Shown piece after piece: positions 9,824-19,688 of a stretch of DNA of 64,000 nt. The notes under the pieces were generated by a model. The model searched no databases. It saw only the letters and a list, made by a program, of their open reading frames with translations, and was not told where the DNA came from. A program made the translations under genes and the position numbers. The stretch's first letter is position 1; every line of letters begins with the position of its first letter. Origin of the DNA: an uncultured Candidatus Saccharibacteria bacterium (GTDB taxonomy: Bacteria; Patescibacteriota; Minisyncoccia; Phycocordibacterales; UBA9973); NCBI GenBank assembly GCA_964625065.1, contig CAZUZL010000003.1, positions 1,730-65,729 of the forward strand, written 5' to 3'.

Positions 9824-10420
9824 ATGATACAGCACTTGATAAGTTCGCTCTCGCCGGAAACTATATATGTACTTGTGGGTCTAATTTTGTTTTTAGAATC
9901 AGCGATTGTGTTCTTCTTCTTTCTACCAGGCGACAGCCTTTTGTTTTCGTTGGGTATATACATATCGTACGGTTTACTGGACGCGCATGTGTTACTACCA
10001 GTGTTAATAGTGTCTGCAATATTAGGCAACTTGGTGGGTTACTGGTTAGGTAAATATTTTGGCCAAAAATGGATACGCGTTGGTTATACAAAATACATAA
10101 AACCAGAATATTTTAGAAGGTCTGAAAAGTTTTTTAGTAACTATGGTTCTGTTTCAGTTTTTTTGTCCAGGTTTGTACCTATAGTCAGAACTATTATGCC
10201 TTTTTTAGCAGGTATAGCTAATATGAAAAAAAACAAGTTTACTGTGTTCAGTATTGTCGGTGGGGTAGTGTGGGTTTCTGTTGTAGTTTCTGTTGGGTAT
10301 TTCTTTGGTAACACAGTTTCAATAGCTAATGTAGAACGTTTCGTACTGTTACTAATGCTAGCTGTGGTTTTTATAGTGCCATTTGCAATGAAATATATTA
10401 GAAAATATATATTAAAATAA
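9824..10420 (+). CDS. DedA-family membrane protein (second paralog)
   Basis: LESAIVFFFFLPGDSLLF...GYFFG DedA core. ATG at 9824. Confidence 0.75.
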   Translation: MIQHLISSLSPETIYVLVGLILFLESAIVFFFFLPGDSLLFSLGIYISYGLLDAHVLLPVLIVSAILGNLVGYWLGKYFGQKWIRVGYTKYIKPEYFRRSEKFFSNYGSVSVFLSRFVPIVRTIMPFLAGIANMKKNKFTVFSIVGGVVWVSVVVSVGYFFGNTVSIANVERFVLLLMLAVVFIVPFAMKYIRKYILK

Positions 10421-10421
10421 A

Positions 10422-10637
10422 TTACAGTTTAAAAAGTTTTGCCAGTAATGTGGTCCATGTTTTATTTAAATATGTAACAATCAAATATGCTGGTATAAAA
10501 AGCATTGCCAATGCTGCAAATAGCACCAGTTCTACCACCTTGGCAATAATGGTAAATATAACATTGGCAACACCACCAAGTTTTTCAGTGCCTGTTGTCA
10601 TAGCTGCGTCAAATATTTCTATAGCTTTTTCCATATA
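10422..10637 (-). CDS. Small hypothetical membrane protein
   Basis: ORF with one hydrophobic helix; ends opposite the gene at 9824-10420. No recognisable motif. Confidence 0.25.
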   Translation of the reverse strand, partial: YMEKAIEIFDAAMTTGTEKLGGVANVIFTIIAKVVELVLFAALAMLFIPAYLIVTYLNKTWTTLLAKLFKL

Positions 10638-10705
10638 TACATAATACATATTATGGCAAAATATGCTATACTACATAGACTATTAGTAATAAATATAAAA
10701 ATACT

Positions 10706-11290
10706 ATGAATAATGACAACAAAACAATATTTTGGATTTTAGGTGTTATGGTTCTAACTGTTTTGGTGGTTATAGGTATAGTCCGCTACAGTGGTACTAA
10801 AAACAACACCGACCAAAACATAAACGAAACTCCAAATACTACAACCATGAACCCCCCAGCAGGCAGTAACCCTGCCGAAGGCAATGTAAACCCAACAGTA
10901 AACCCAACTAATAATAATCAAACTAAAAAAAATATGGACTACCCAACTAAAGTAAACGAAACAGTAACACGCGCAGACGGGCTTAAAATAACAATGTTAG
11001 CAGAAGGTACAGGTACTGCCGTTAGTAAAGCAGGCGACAGTATTGTAGTTGCATACAAAGGCATGTTAGTAGACGGTACAGTGTTCGACCAAGGTACATT
11101 ACCACCTATGACAGTAGGTGCACCTGGGTTAATAGTAGGTTTCGACCGTGGTATGGCAGGTATGAAAGTCGGCGAAACACGAAGTGTATTTATTCCTAGT
11201 GCCCTAGGTTATGGTACACATGGTGCAGGTGCTTTGATAAAACCAAACACCGACCTTGTTTTTGAAATAACTTTGAAAGAAATTAAATAA
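10706..11290 (+). CDS. FKBP-type peptidyl-prolyl cis-trans isomerase, membrane-anchored
   Basis: The C-terminal domain GTVFDQG...GLIVGFDRGMAGMKVGETRSVFIPSALGYGTHGAG...LVFEITL is the FKBP fold consensus. Confidence 0.8.
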   Translation: MNNDNKTIFWILGVMVLTVLVVIGIVRYSGTKNNTDQNINETPNTTTMNPPAGSNPAEGNVNPTVNPTNNNQTKKNMDYPTKVNETVTRADGLKITMLAEGTGTAVSKAGDSIVVAYKGMLVDGTVFDQGTLPPMTVGAPGLIVGFDRGMAGMKVGETRSVFIPSALGYGTHGAGALIKPNTDLVFEITLKEIK

Positions 11291-11309
11291 TTAATTATAA
11301 ATTATACAT

Positions 11310-12854
11310 ATGTCATTTACTGAAAAAATAAAATTGTTCTGGTCTAAGAAAAGAAACAAATGGTTTGTTGTTCTTGGTATTGTATTATGTATAGTTTTGT
11401 ATTTAATATTTAAACCAAAACCTATTGTAGAAACTTTGGCTACAGCTGAAGTTAAAGACTTGCAACAAACAGTACTGGCAACAGGACAGGTAACCAGTAG
11501 TACAGACCTAGCTATGTCTTTTATAGCTAGTGGTGTTATACACGACATACCAGTTGCTATAGGCCAGAAAGTTAAAAAGGGTGCTGTGTTGGCACGCCTA
11601 GAACAAGGTAACGAAGCCGCTGCAGTTACATCTGCATTAGGCCAACTACGTGTAGCCCAGGCTAACTACCAGAAACTATTAGAGGGTGCAACAGATGCAG
11701 AAATGGCTGTTGTTAAAACAGCACTAGACAATGCCAAAGCAGACTTGGCCCGCACAATACTACAGCAGGCTACCATAGTGTCTAATGCAAAACGCGCATA
11801 CTTAAGCAGTGGTCTAGTTGCAGAACTAGCACCAGGCATAATTTCTACCATGACAGCACCAACTATTTCTGGGGCATACACTAGCGACGAAGAAGGTGTA
11901 TATACAATCAATGTTTATGCAACAGGTTCAGGCAACTATTTTTCTGCTTCAGGTTTAGAAACAGGTTCAGGTACGGCTTCTGCTACGTCTTCTGTACCAC
12001 TAGGGTCTAGGGGGTTGTTTATACAATTTCCAGCCACAACTGTTTCAGGTGTACAGTGGACAGTTAGTGTGCCTAACAAACAGTCTGCTACATTTGTTGC
12101 TAACTACAATGCATATCTAGCCGCTGTTTCTGCACAGGACGCAGCCATAGCAACTGCAAAAGCGTTAGTTGCGTCACGTCAGGCAGACTACGACTTGAAG
12201 GTTTCTAAAGCCCGCACAACAGACATGGCTGTGGCTGAAGCAAACATACTAACAGCACAAGGTAACTACCAAAACGCAGTTGCAACATTAGAAAAACGTA
12301 TACTACGTGCACCAGCAGACGGTACTATAACTAAAATAGATGCACACGTTGGCGACTTGGCCCAAGCATTAAAAAGTGTAATGACACTACAAGACGTAGA
12401 CCACTTATATGTAGAAGCAAACATTAACGAAGCAAACATAAGCGACGTTGTTGTGGGTCAACCGGTAACAATATTCTTCGATGCTACTGGCCCAGAAATG
12501 TCTTACAAGGGGTCTGTTACATCTATAGACATTTCGTCTACACTTGTCTCGGGTGTGGTTAACTACAAAGTTAAAGTTGCACTAGACGGTACAGTTGTTG
12601 TACGTCCAGGCATGACAGCAAGTATGACAATACTGGTTGCAGAAAAAAAAGGTGTAGTAGCTATACCAGCTAGATTTATACGCGAACTAGACGGCAAAAA
12701 ATACGTTGTTGTATTAACAAATGCATCTAAACACACAACAGAAAACCGCGACGTAACACTAGGTTTAAATGCTGACGGTGGGTTAGTAGAAGTTTTAAGT
12801 GGGGTACAGTCAGGCGACCAGATAGTGGGCGAAGTTAAAACAGCAGTAAAATAA
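11310..12854 (+). CDS. HlyD/MacA-like periplasmic adaptor (membrane fusion protein) with an Ala/Thr-rich insertion
   Basis: N-terminal TM helix, coiled-coil and beta-barrel regions, and operon context with MacB-like components. Confidence 0.7.
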   Translation: MSFTEKIKLFWSKKRNKWFVVLGIVLCIVLYLIFKPKPIVETLATAEVKDLQQTVLATGQVTSSTDLAMSFIASGVIHDIPVAIGQKVKKGAVLARLEQGNEAAAVTSALGQLRVAQANYQKLLEGATDAEMAVVKTALDNAKADLARTILQQATIVSNAKRAYLSSGLVAELAPGIISTMTAPTISGAYTSDEEGVYTINVYATGSGNYFSASGLETGSGTASATSSVPLGSRGLFIQFPATTVSGVQWTVSVPNKQSATFVANYNAYLAAVSAQDAAIATAKALVASRQADYDLKVSKARTTDMAVAEANILTAQGNYQNAVATLEKRILRAPADGTITKIDAHVGDLAQALKSVMTLQDVDHLYVEANINEANISDVVVGQPVTIFFDATGPEMSYKGSVTSIDISSTLVSGVVNYKVKVALDGTVVVRPGMTASMTILVAEKKGVVAIPARFIRELDGKKYVVVLTNASKHTTENRDVTLGLNADGGLVEVLSGVQSGDQIVGEVKTAVK

Positions 12855-12857
12855 AAA

Positions 12858-13574
12858 ATGAATCTAATACAACTTACTGATATTAAAAAAGTGTACCATA
12901 ACGAAGGTATAGACACTCCGGTGCTTTTTGATATTAATATTGGTGTTGATGAAGGCGAATTTATTGCTATTATGGGCCCGTCTGGTTCTGGCAAATCTAC
13001 ACTAATGCACATACTGGGTTTTCTAGATCGTTCTACAGATGGCAAATATTTATTCGACGGCATAGACACAACTACATTTACAGACAACGAACTTGCGGCT
13101 ATACGCAACCGACGTATAGGGTTTGTGTTTCAGTCTTTTAATTTACTGCCACGCACAACAGTATTAGAAAACGTTGCATTGCCATTGTTATACGACGACA
13201 GTGTTAAAGATTCTACAACACCAGCTGAAAAAGCTTTGATAGCAGTTGGTCTACAGCACCGTATGGGTTATATGTCCAACCAAATTTCTGGTGGGCAAAA
13301 ACAACGTGTAGCTATAGCTCGTGCATTGGTTAACAACCCGGCTGTAATATTTGCTGACGAACCAACAGGTAACCTAGATTCTAAAAGCGGGGCAACTGTA
13401 ATGCATATTTTGCAAAACTTAAACGATGCCGGTAAAACTATTATTTTAGTTACACATGACCGCGTTGTTGCAGAACATGCAAAACGCATTATATTTGTAC
13501 GCGACGGTCGAATCGAATCCGACGAAATTGTGGCCACACAACGTCGTGCACAAAACATAGTAACCGAAGACTAA
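12858..13574 (+). CDS. ABC transporter ATP-binding protein (MacB/LolD-type)
   Basis: Walker [10 protein letters not shown], signature [15 protein letters not shown], Walker [12 protein letters not shown]. Confidence 0.9.
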   Translation: MNLIQLTDIKKVYHNEGIDTPVLFDINIGVDEGEFIAIMGPSGSGKSTLMHILGFLDRSTDGKYLFDGIDTTTFTDNELAAIRNRRIGFVFQSFNLLPRTTVLENVALPLLYDDSVKDSTTPAEKALIAVGLQHRMGYMSNQISGGQKQRVAIARALVNNPAVIFADEPTGNLDSKSGATVMHILQNLNDAGKTIILVTHDRVVAEHAKRIIFVRDGRIESDEIVATQRRAQNIVTED

Positions 13575-13575
13575 C

Positions 13576-14847
13576 ATGCATAATTTGCGTGCTAATATTA
13601 TACAAACATTAAAAGGTTTTCGTGCTAGAAAAAGCCGAACTTTTTTAACCATGCTTGGTATTATTATTGGTGTTGCTGGTGTTATTATTATCGTTTCATT
13701 AGGGGCTGGTGCACAGCAGTTAATAGTGGGGCAGGTTAGTAAATTTGGTTCAAACATTGTTGCCGTGTCGCCCGGAAAAAGTAACGAAAACGGCCCACCT
13801 GCATCTGTGTTAGGTGTACGTATTACCACACTAACCATGCACGACGTGCAGGCATTAAAAGACACTGGTTCTGTACCGCATGCTACATATTTTGCACCAC
13901 TTGTTCGTGGTAGTGCAACTGTAATTGCTGGACGCGAAAGTGTAGACACACAGTTTTCAGCAACAAGTGGCGAATACCCTTTGGTGCAAAACATACCTAT
14001 TTCAGAAGGCAGGTTTTTTTCTATAGACGAAGGCGCTACTGGTGCGCAGGTTGTGGTACTAGGTTCTGATGTTCGCACCACTCTTTTTGGTACAGGCGAA
14101 GCACTTGGTAAAATTATAAAAGTTACTCGTACAGATGGTATAGAAACAACCAGCGTATTGTTACATGTTATAGGTGTTGCTGCGCCACAAGGTACAGTGT
14201 TTTTCCAAAACCAAGACGACCAAATATATATGCCCATACTAGTTGGGCAACGTCAGTTGTTAGGTATTAGTTACTTAGAATATTTACGGGTAAAAGTAGA
14301 TGACGTGGCATATATAGACCAAACCATATCTGACATGGAAAGTGTTTTGCGTCGCGAACATAACATACGTAATGCACCAGAGGGCGACGATTTTTCTGTG
14401 CGTAGTACAGCTGAACTTATAAAAGTACTAAGTGGTATTACAGACGGCCTACGCATGTTCCTGGGTGTTATGGCTTCTGTTGCGTTGGTTGTGGGCGGTA
14501 TAGGTATAATGAACATTATGTTAGTTACAGTTACAGAACGCACTCGTGAAATAGGTTTACGTAAAGCCATAGGTGCAACGGGTGAACGCATTCGTAACCA
14601 GTTTTTATTAGAAGCAATATTACTTACAGTAACAGGTGGTATTATAGGTATAGTGTTCGGTGTAATTGTTTCTTTTCTTATTACCATTGGTGTTCGTTAT
14701 GCGGGGTATGACTGGGCGTTTATTATTTCGCCAACAGCTGTTAGTTTAGCACTGTTTGTTTCAGTTGCTACAGGTGTTGTGTTTGGTCTGTACCCGGCAG
14801 TAAAAGCGTCGAAACTTAACCCTATAGATGCACTTCGCAAAGAATAA
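13576..14847 (+). CDS. ABC transporter permease, FtsX/MacB-type
   Basis: N-terminal TM helix, a periplasmic domain, and a C-terminal FtsX 4-TM module. Confidence 0.8.
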   Translation: MHNLRANIIQTLKGFRARKSRTFLTMLGIIIGVAGVIIIVSLGAGAQQLIVGQVSKFGSNIVAVSPGKSNENGPPASVLGVRITTLTMHDVQALKDTGSVPHATYFAPLVRGSATVIAGRESVDTQFSATSGEYPLVQNIPISEGRFFSIDEGATGAQVVVLGSDVRTTLFGTGEALGKIIKVTRTDGIETTSVLLHVIGVAAPQGTVFFQNQDDQIYMPILVGQRQLLGISYLEYLRVKVDDVAYIDQTISDMESVLRREHNIRNAPEGDDFSVRSTAELIKVLSGITDGLRMFLGVMASVALVVGGIGIMNIMLVTVTERTREIGLRKAIGATGERIRNQFLLEAILLTVTGGIIGIVFGVIVSFLITIGVRYAGYDWAFIISPTAVSLALFVSVATGVVFGLYPAVKASKLNPIDALRKE

Positions 14848-14851
14848 TTTT

Positions 14852-16099
14852 ATGCATACATTTAACCAAGCAATTCGCGGACTTACCGCATCGAAATCTA
14901 GAACAGCATTAACTATGTTGGGTATTGTTATTGGTATTTCTGTTGTTGTTTTAGTTGTTTCAGCAGGGGAAGGTTTCAAGTCTTATATAAACACCCAAGT
15001 TGCGCAAATTGGTACAAACACAGTAACTATACAAACCCAAGTTCCACCAGACACAAAACGCCGTGCCAACGGTGGTGGCGGTGCAGACCAGGCCAACCAG
15101 GGTGTAGCTATAACAACATTAAAGAAAAAAGACATAACTGATATTTCTAGAATATCAAATGTATCTGGTGCTTATGGAATATCTACTGGGCAGGTAACTG
15201 TTTCGTACGACAACATCATTAAAAGTGCATATGTAATGGGTGCCGATGCTGAACGTTTTGATATAGACAAAGGTGTAATAGCACATGGTCGTGGTTATAC
15301 AAAAGACGAAGACCGTTCGTTAGCTCAAGTAGCTGTATTGGGTAGTAGTTTGGCAGACAATTTGTTTGGACTGCAGGACCCATTAGGTAAAACCATTCGC
15401 GTAGGCGACTACGCTTTTTCAGTGGTTGGTGTGTATGCACCCAAAGGTGGTTTGGGTGGTGTCAGCGAAGACGACGAAATTTTTATACCAGCTTCAACAT
15501 TACAGAAAAAAATACTTGGCATAGATTATTATTTTTATTTAATTGCTTCACTAACTGACAATACAATAGCAGACACTACTTCGGCAGACATCGCCGATGT
15601 GTTACGCAGTAACCACAATATTTCTGACCCAGCCAAAGACGACTTCAAAGTGCAAACCCAGGCGCAGAATGTTAGTACTTTTGCAACTATACTTTCTGCA
15701 GCACAGATTTTACTACTAGCTATTGCGGCAATATCGTTACTAGTAGGTGGTGTAGGTGTTATGAATATTATGTATGTTGTGGTTACCGAACGCACAGCAG
15801 AAATAGGTTTAAAGAAGGCGCTCGGTGCAACCAATACAAACATACTGTTAGAATTTTTAATTGAATCAGTTTTACTAACTGTAGTCGGTGGTATTATCGG
15901 CGTTTTATTCGGCGCGCTACTGGCATATGGTGTGGCGCGTGGGGCACAGGCATTTGGTTTTGCATGGGCGTATATTGTACCGGTGCGTGGTGTTGTTGTT
16001 GCTATGGCTGTGTCGTGTGCTATTGGTATAGGTTTCGGAGTGTTTCCAGCTAGAAACGCAGCTAAACTTAGCCCTATCGAAGCGTTACGTTACGAATAA
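14852..16099 (+). CDS. ABC transporter permease, FtsX/MacB-type (second copy)
   Basis: Same architecture as the preceding gene. ATG at 14852, just after the upstream stop. Confidence 0.8.
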   Translation: MHTFNQAIRGLTASKSRTALTMLGIVIGISVVVLVVSAGEGFKSYINTQVAQIGTNTVTIQTQVPPDTKRRANGGGGADQANQGVAITTLKKKDITDISRISNVSGAYGISTGQVTVSYDNIIKSAYVMGADAERFDIDKGVIAHGRGYTKDEDRSLAQVAVLGSSLADNLFGLQDPLGKTIRVGDYAFSVVGVYAPKGGLGGVSEDDEIFIPASTLQKKILGIDYYFYLIASLTDNTIADTTSADIADVLRSNHNISDPAKDDFKVQTQAQNVSTFATILSAAQILLLAIAAISLLVGGVGVMNIMYVVVTERTAEIGLKKALGATNTNILLEFLIESVLLTVVGGIIGVLFGALLAYGVARGAQAFGFAWAYIVPVRGVVVAMAVSCAIGIGFGVFPARNAAKLSPIEALRYE

Positions 16100-16164
16100 T
16101 TACCTACACCTATGTTGTGCTATAATGGATACATATTAGATTAACAACCCTATTTGGGAAAAAT

Positions 16165-16974
16165 ATGATACCAGAACAACAAAAACAGAACATATTGAAA
16201 GCCGGTTTTATACTAGCCGGTATAGTAGCAGTATTTTTAATTACACTTATTTTTACAGAAGTTAAAAAGTTTAACCTATTAGGTAGCGACACACCAGCTG
16301 TAAACGTTATTAGTTTTACAGGTAAAGGCGAAGTTACTGCCAGTCCAGACGTAGCAGTATTAACAGCAAGTATAAACGGCGAGGGTATAACACGTGCAGA
16401 TGCTGTTACAAAACAAGCTGCATTAAAACAAAAAGTTACCGAAGTACTAGCCCCTTTTAAAATTGCAGACAAAGACATTAAAACAGACTACATTAGTACA
16501 AACCCAAAATACGAATACAAACAGCCTACAATATACTGTATAACTACACCTTGTCCACAACCAACAGGTAAAAATGTTATTGTTGGTTATACAACAAACG
16601 AACAACTTGTTATAAAGGTACGCAATGTAGACGATGCAGGTGCAGTATACGACGCATTAAGTAAAGTTGGTTCAGTAGATGTGTCTGGTCCAAATCTACA
16701 AATAGACAACGACGAAGCACTAAAAGCAGAAGCTAGAAAAATTGCAATTGCAGATGCAAAAGCAAAAGCAGAAACATTAGCAAAAGATTTGGGTGTAAAA
16801 TTGGTACGCATAGTTAGTTTCAACGAAGACGGTTACGCAAACCCAATGTACAGTGAATCTGGTGGTAATATGTACGACACTAAGGCCATGGTAGCAGCAG
16901 CACCTACAACAAACATTTCAGTAGGGGAAAACAAGATTACTTCAAACGTAACAATTTCTTACGAAATTCGGTAG
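16165..16974 (+). CDS. SIMPL-domain (DUF541 / BP26-like) periplasmic protein
   Basis: TM anchor followed by a characteristic SIMPL region ending ...NISVGENKITSNVTISYEI. Confidence 0.7.
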   Translation: MIPEQQKQNILKAGFILAGIVAVFLITLIFTEVKKFNLLGSDTPAVNVISFTGKGEVTASPDVAVLTASINGEGITRADAVTKQAALKQKVTEVLAPFKIADKDIKTDYISTNPKYEYKQPTIYCITTPCPQPTGKNVIVGYTTNEQLVIKVRNVDDAGAVYDALSKVGSVDVSGPNLQIDNDEALKAEARKIAIADAKAKAETLAKDLGVKLVRIVSFNEDGYANPMYSESGGNMYDTKAMVAAAPTTNISVGENKITSNVTISYEIR

Positions 16975-17022
16975 TTAATCTCCTCCTTGTGGAGGAGGAG
17001 TCCCCGCAGGGGGAGGTGGTGA
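16975..17022. repeat. GC-rich double-hairpin mini-element, family B copy 1
   Basis: TTAATCTCCTCCTTGTGGAGGAGGAGTCCCCGCAGGGGGAGGTGGTGA. A second copy is at 50347-50394 with about 85% identity. Confidence 0.6.
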
Positions 17023-17025
17023 TTT

Positions 17026-17062
17026 TAATACAAAATACCCTTATATAAAAAGGGTATTTTGT
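17026..17062 (+). terminator. Rho-independent terminator
   Basis: ATACAAAATACCC...GGGTATTTTGTAT. Confidence 0.7.
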
Positions 17063-17151
17063 ATATATCGAAGCCATTGACAAAATACATGAAAAAGTAT
17101 ATAATACAGGTATAAATAAACTAGTTTTTTAATTTTTAAACCCCACATATA

Positions 17152-17781
17152 ATGATAGAAAATAACGAATTAGCGGCCATACTTGAGTCGCACGTAAACG
17201 GTAACATTAGTGCCGAAGCCAAAACCATCTTACAGGACGCGATATACCGCATCAAAAACATCGGAAAATATATTTCAAATGTTTTTAAAAAGGGTATCAC
17301 CCTTACTGTACAGGCCACTGAAACATTTACTGTTTCTGAAAAATCTTTGGAAGGTTTGTGGAAAAACATCATTGCCAGAGAAAAAGATAAGAAAAACCCC
17401 GAACCCTGGTTCGACGACGACATCCTGGGCTGGTTCGATGGCAAGACTATGCCGTCAATTACTGCCGAGTCTTCCTCGACTATCCAACGCTTTACCCAGA
17501 CTTTGACCCATGCACAAATTTTACAGGAAGCCGAAAATCTTTCTATCAAGAAAATTTATAGCTGGTTAGAAGCCATAAAGATCATCGAACAAGCGGTGTT
17601 GATGGGCGAAGTTGATGTTAAAGGTTTGGGTGTTATTGTGTACTTCAAAATAGATGGAGATGATACAGTGTACCGCTTCTACGCCGGTCGCAGCGGCGGT
17701 GGCCGGCTCAGCGTGAGCGTCAACGAGTACTTTCCGAGCTTTGAGTGGGATGCCGGTGATGGTGCTTCTTTTAGCAACTGA
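17152..17781 (+). CDS. DGR target (variable) protein; the C-terminal ~35 aa are encoded by VR
   Basis: The 3' end of the ORF is a near-copy of the TR at 18112-18221, with mismatches confined to TR adenines. No other recognisable domain. Confidence 0.7.
   Translation: MIENNELAAILESHVNGNISAEAKTILQDAIYRIKNIGKYISNVFKKGITLTVQATETFTVSEKSLEGLWKNIIAREKDKKNPEPWFDDDILGWFDGKTMPSITAESSSTIQRFTQTLTHAQILQEAENLSIKKIYSWLEAIKIIEQAVLMGEVDVKGLGVIVYFKIDGDDTVYRFYAGRSGGGRLSVSVNEYFPSFEWDAGDGASFSN
17669..17778 (+). repeat. DGR variable repeat (VR)
   Basis: Aligns to TR over about 110 nt. By manual alignment, roughly 19-20 of about 21 mismatches fall where TR has A (codons AAC/AAT/AAG in TR become TAC/GGT/AGC/TTT/GAT etc. 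in VR). Confidence 0.8.
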
Positions 17782-17796
17782 AATATTGTTGCTTAG

Positions 17797-17829
17797 AAAA
17801 TAAGAGTCTTTGTACCTTTGGTACTTAGA
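17797..17829 (+). other. Hairpin immediately 3' of VR
   Basis: AAGAGTCTTTGTACC-TTT-GGTACTTAGACTCTT: an 8-bp outer stem plus a 5-bp inner stem. DGRs commonly carry a stem-loop 3' of VR. Confidence 0.5.
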
Positions 17830-18111
17830 CTCTTTTTAATTTTGTATTTTAAAATACATTAATATTTTGTATACTGATATAGTGATAAAGAAATGTCTGT
17901 GGTTAAGGCTTTAGACTTTTGTCATAAAAATATATATGGCAGAATATTGATGGTTACGGCCATTAGTAGTGTCTATGTATGTCTTTTATAATAAAAAATA
18001 ATTATTGTTGGTGGGTATGCCTGGTGGACTTTTATGTCCAGAATAATATACAGCACAGCTTTTATATATAAAAATATTCAGGTTGGCAGTGGTATAGATG
18101 GGTATGCCCAC

Positions 18112-18221
18112 AAAACCGCTTCAACGCCTATCGCAACGACGATGGCCAGCTCAACGTGAACGTCAACAAGTACAATCCGAGCAATGAGTGGAATGCCGGT
18201 AATGGTGCTTCTTTTAGAAAC
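18112..18221 (+). repeat. DGR template repeat (TR)
   Basis: Intergenic copy of the VR, rich in AAC/AAT codons, lying just beyond the avd stop codon and upstream of the RT. Confidence 0.8.
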
Positions 18222-18239
18222 AATGTTTTTCTTCCTCTA

Positions 18240-18599
18240 TTATTTATATGAGGGAGTTTTTTGTTCTAAAATTTTCTTTTCTATGCCTTTTTTCCAACCA
18301 CCTAACATACGACCTATTTCTTGTAGTTGTGTAGATATTTCAATATATTTTTTCTCTGGTATACATTTGTTTTCAAATGCTAGTTGCAAGAAAAATTTTA
18401 ATGCATCTAGTTTGCTTATAGCATGTTCCAGTCGTATAACTTTACGGTGTATATCTAAATACAATGCAAAAAATATATGTTCAAGTAAATTTAAAAAATA
18501 ATCTTCTATTTTAGAACCCAGTGTGTACCTGTGGGTACGCGGAAAATCGGTGTATAAAACAAACCACAGTTTATATATGCTTTGTGCCTTTTGCAACAC
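18240..18599 (-). CDS. avd: Avd-like four-helix-bundle protein (DGR accessory variability determinant)
   Basis: ...QKAQSIYKLWFVLYTDFPRTHRYTLGSKIEDYFLNLLEHI...IEISTQLQEIGRMLGGWKK matches the four-helix-bundle / 23S-IVS protein family. The true start is uncertain: a GTG at 18599, or an ATG at 18630 that would be in frame only with one extra C in the C10 tract. Confidence 0.7.
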   Translation of the reverse strand: MLQKAQSIYKLWFVLYTDFPRTHRYTLGSKIEDYFLNLLEHIFFALYLDIHRKVIRLEHAISKLDALKFFLQLAFENKCIPEKKYIEISTQLQEIGRMLGGWKKGIEKKILEQKTPSYK

Positions 18600-18611
18600 T
18601 TGCGGTGTTGC

Positions 18612-18621
18612 GGGGGGGGGG
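18612..18621. repeat. G10/C10 homopolymeric tract at the avd 5' end, between the divergent avd and RT genes
   Basis: Ten consecutive G on the + strand; the avd start is out of frame across it. Confidence 0.7.
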
Positions 18622-18647
18622 TAATATTCATAGTACAGTAGTATAAC

Positions 18648-19649
18648 ATGAAAAAGTTTACCAAAACCTACAAACAAATAGTAAATATAGAAAACATATT
18701 TTCTGCGTGGAAAAGTTTTGTCAAAGATAAATCTAAAAAACCAGATGTAATAATGTTCGGCAGTAAAATGATGGACAATGTTTTTGACCTGTATACTGAT
18801 TTGGTAAATAAAAATTATATTCATTCTAAATATAGTCATTTTAAAATAAACGACCCAAAACCCCGCGACATACACAAAGCATCTGTCCGGGACAGGGTAC
18901 TGCACCACTTGTTATATAACGAATTATATCCGTTCTTTGACACTATTTTTATATACGATTCGTATTCGTGTCGTTTCGGAAAAGGTACACACAAAGGCAT
19001 ACAAAGGTTTCGTAGTTTTGTACTAAAAGTTAGTAAAAATAAAACCAAACAGTGCTTTGTATTAAAATGCGATATACGCAAATTCTTTGCAAACATAGAC
19101 CACGCTATATTAAAAAGTATTTTAGAAAAATATATAAATGATGTTGATATTCGGAATCTGTTGTGCAGTATAGTAGACAGTTTTAAAACTAACCAAACTC
19201 CACATAAAAAATCAAGCAGTGAAATAGGTTTACCTTTAGGTAACCTGACTTCACAACTACTGGTAAACATATACATGAACGAATTTGACCAGTTTATAAA
19301 GAGGGAGTTAAAAATACAGCATTACATACGTTACGCTGACGACTTTGTTATTGTTGCAGATACTAAACAGTATTTAGAAAATATATTACCAAAGTTAGAA
19401 AGCTTTCTTATGCAAAATCTAAAACTACAATTACACCCTGATAAGGTTTACATTAAAACTATTTATTCCGGGGTAGATTTCCTTGGGTGGGTAGAATTTG
19501 GTGGGCATAGAGTGTTACGAACTAGTACAAAACACAGAATGTTTAGAAAAATAAAAAATAGTAAAAACATCGAACAAACAAAGACTTCGTACATGGGTAT
19601 GCTGGCCTGGGGTAATGCGAAGAAAATCAGTAGTATTCTTGGTTTTTAA
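18648..19649 (+). CDS. DGR reverse transcriptase
   Basis: RT motifs 1-7: PRDIHKASVRDRVLHHLL, LPLGNLTSQLLVNIYMNEFD (the DGR-type [I/L]GxxxSQ), and RYADDFVIV (YADD catalytic box). About 333 aa with no maturase or endonuclease domain. Confidence 0.9.
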   Translation: MKKFTKTYKQIVNIENIFSAWKSFVKDKSKKPDVIMFGSKMMDNVFDLYTDLVNKNYIHSKYSHFKINDPKPRDIHKASVRDRVLHHLLYNELYPFFDTIFIYDSYSCRFGKGTHKGIQRFRSFVLKVSKNKTKQCFVLKCDIRKFFANIDHAILKSILEKYINDVDIRNLLCSIVDSFKTNQTPHKKSSSEIGLPLGNLTSQLLVNIYMNEFDQFIKRELKIQHYIRYADDFVIVADTKQYLENILPKLESFLMQNLKLQLHPDKVYIKTIYSGVDFLGWVEFGGHRVLRTSTKHRMFRKIKNSKNIEQTKTSYMGMLAWGNAKKISSILGF

Positions 19650-19688
19650 AGTTGAGTTTGATAAAATAAAGATATAAATTTAATATAT

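Noticed and set aside
16975-17022. Resemblance of TAATCTCCTCCTT to the anti-Shine-Dalgarno 3' end of 16S rRNA (CACCTCCTTA)
   Set aside because: It matches only over about 8 nt, no rRNA gene context is present, and the element recurs intergenically. It is most likely coincidental.
18184-18501. 105-aa + strand ORF starting inside the TR
   Set aside because: It is antisense to the well-supported Avd-like gene on the minus strand, and its start simply reads through the TR copy. It is a byproduct of the repeat.
18600-18908. Upstream extension of the minus-strand avd ORF to 222 aa
   Set aside because: That portion runs antisense across the RT gene start and 5' region, and the Avd homology begins only after the C10 tract. 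Avd proteins are about 110-130 aa.
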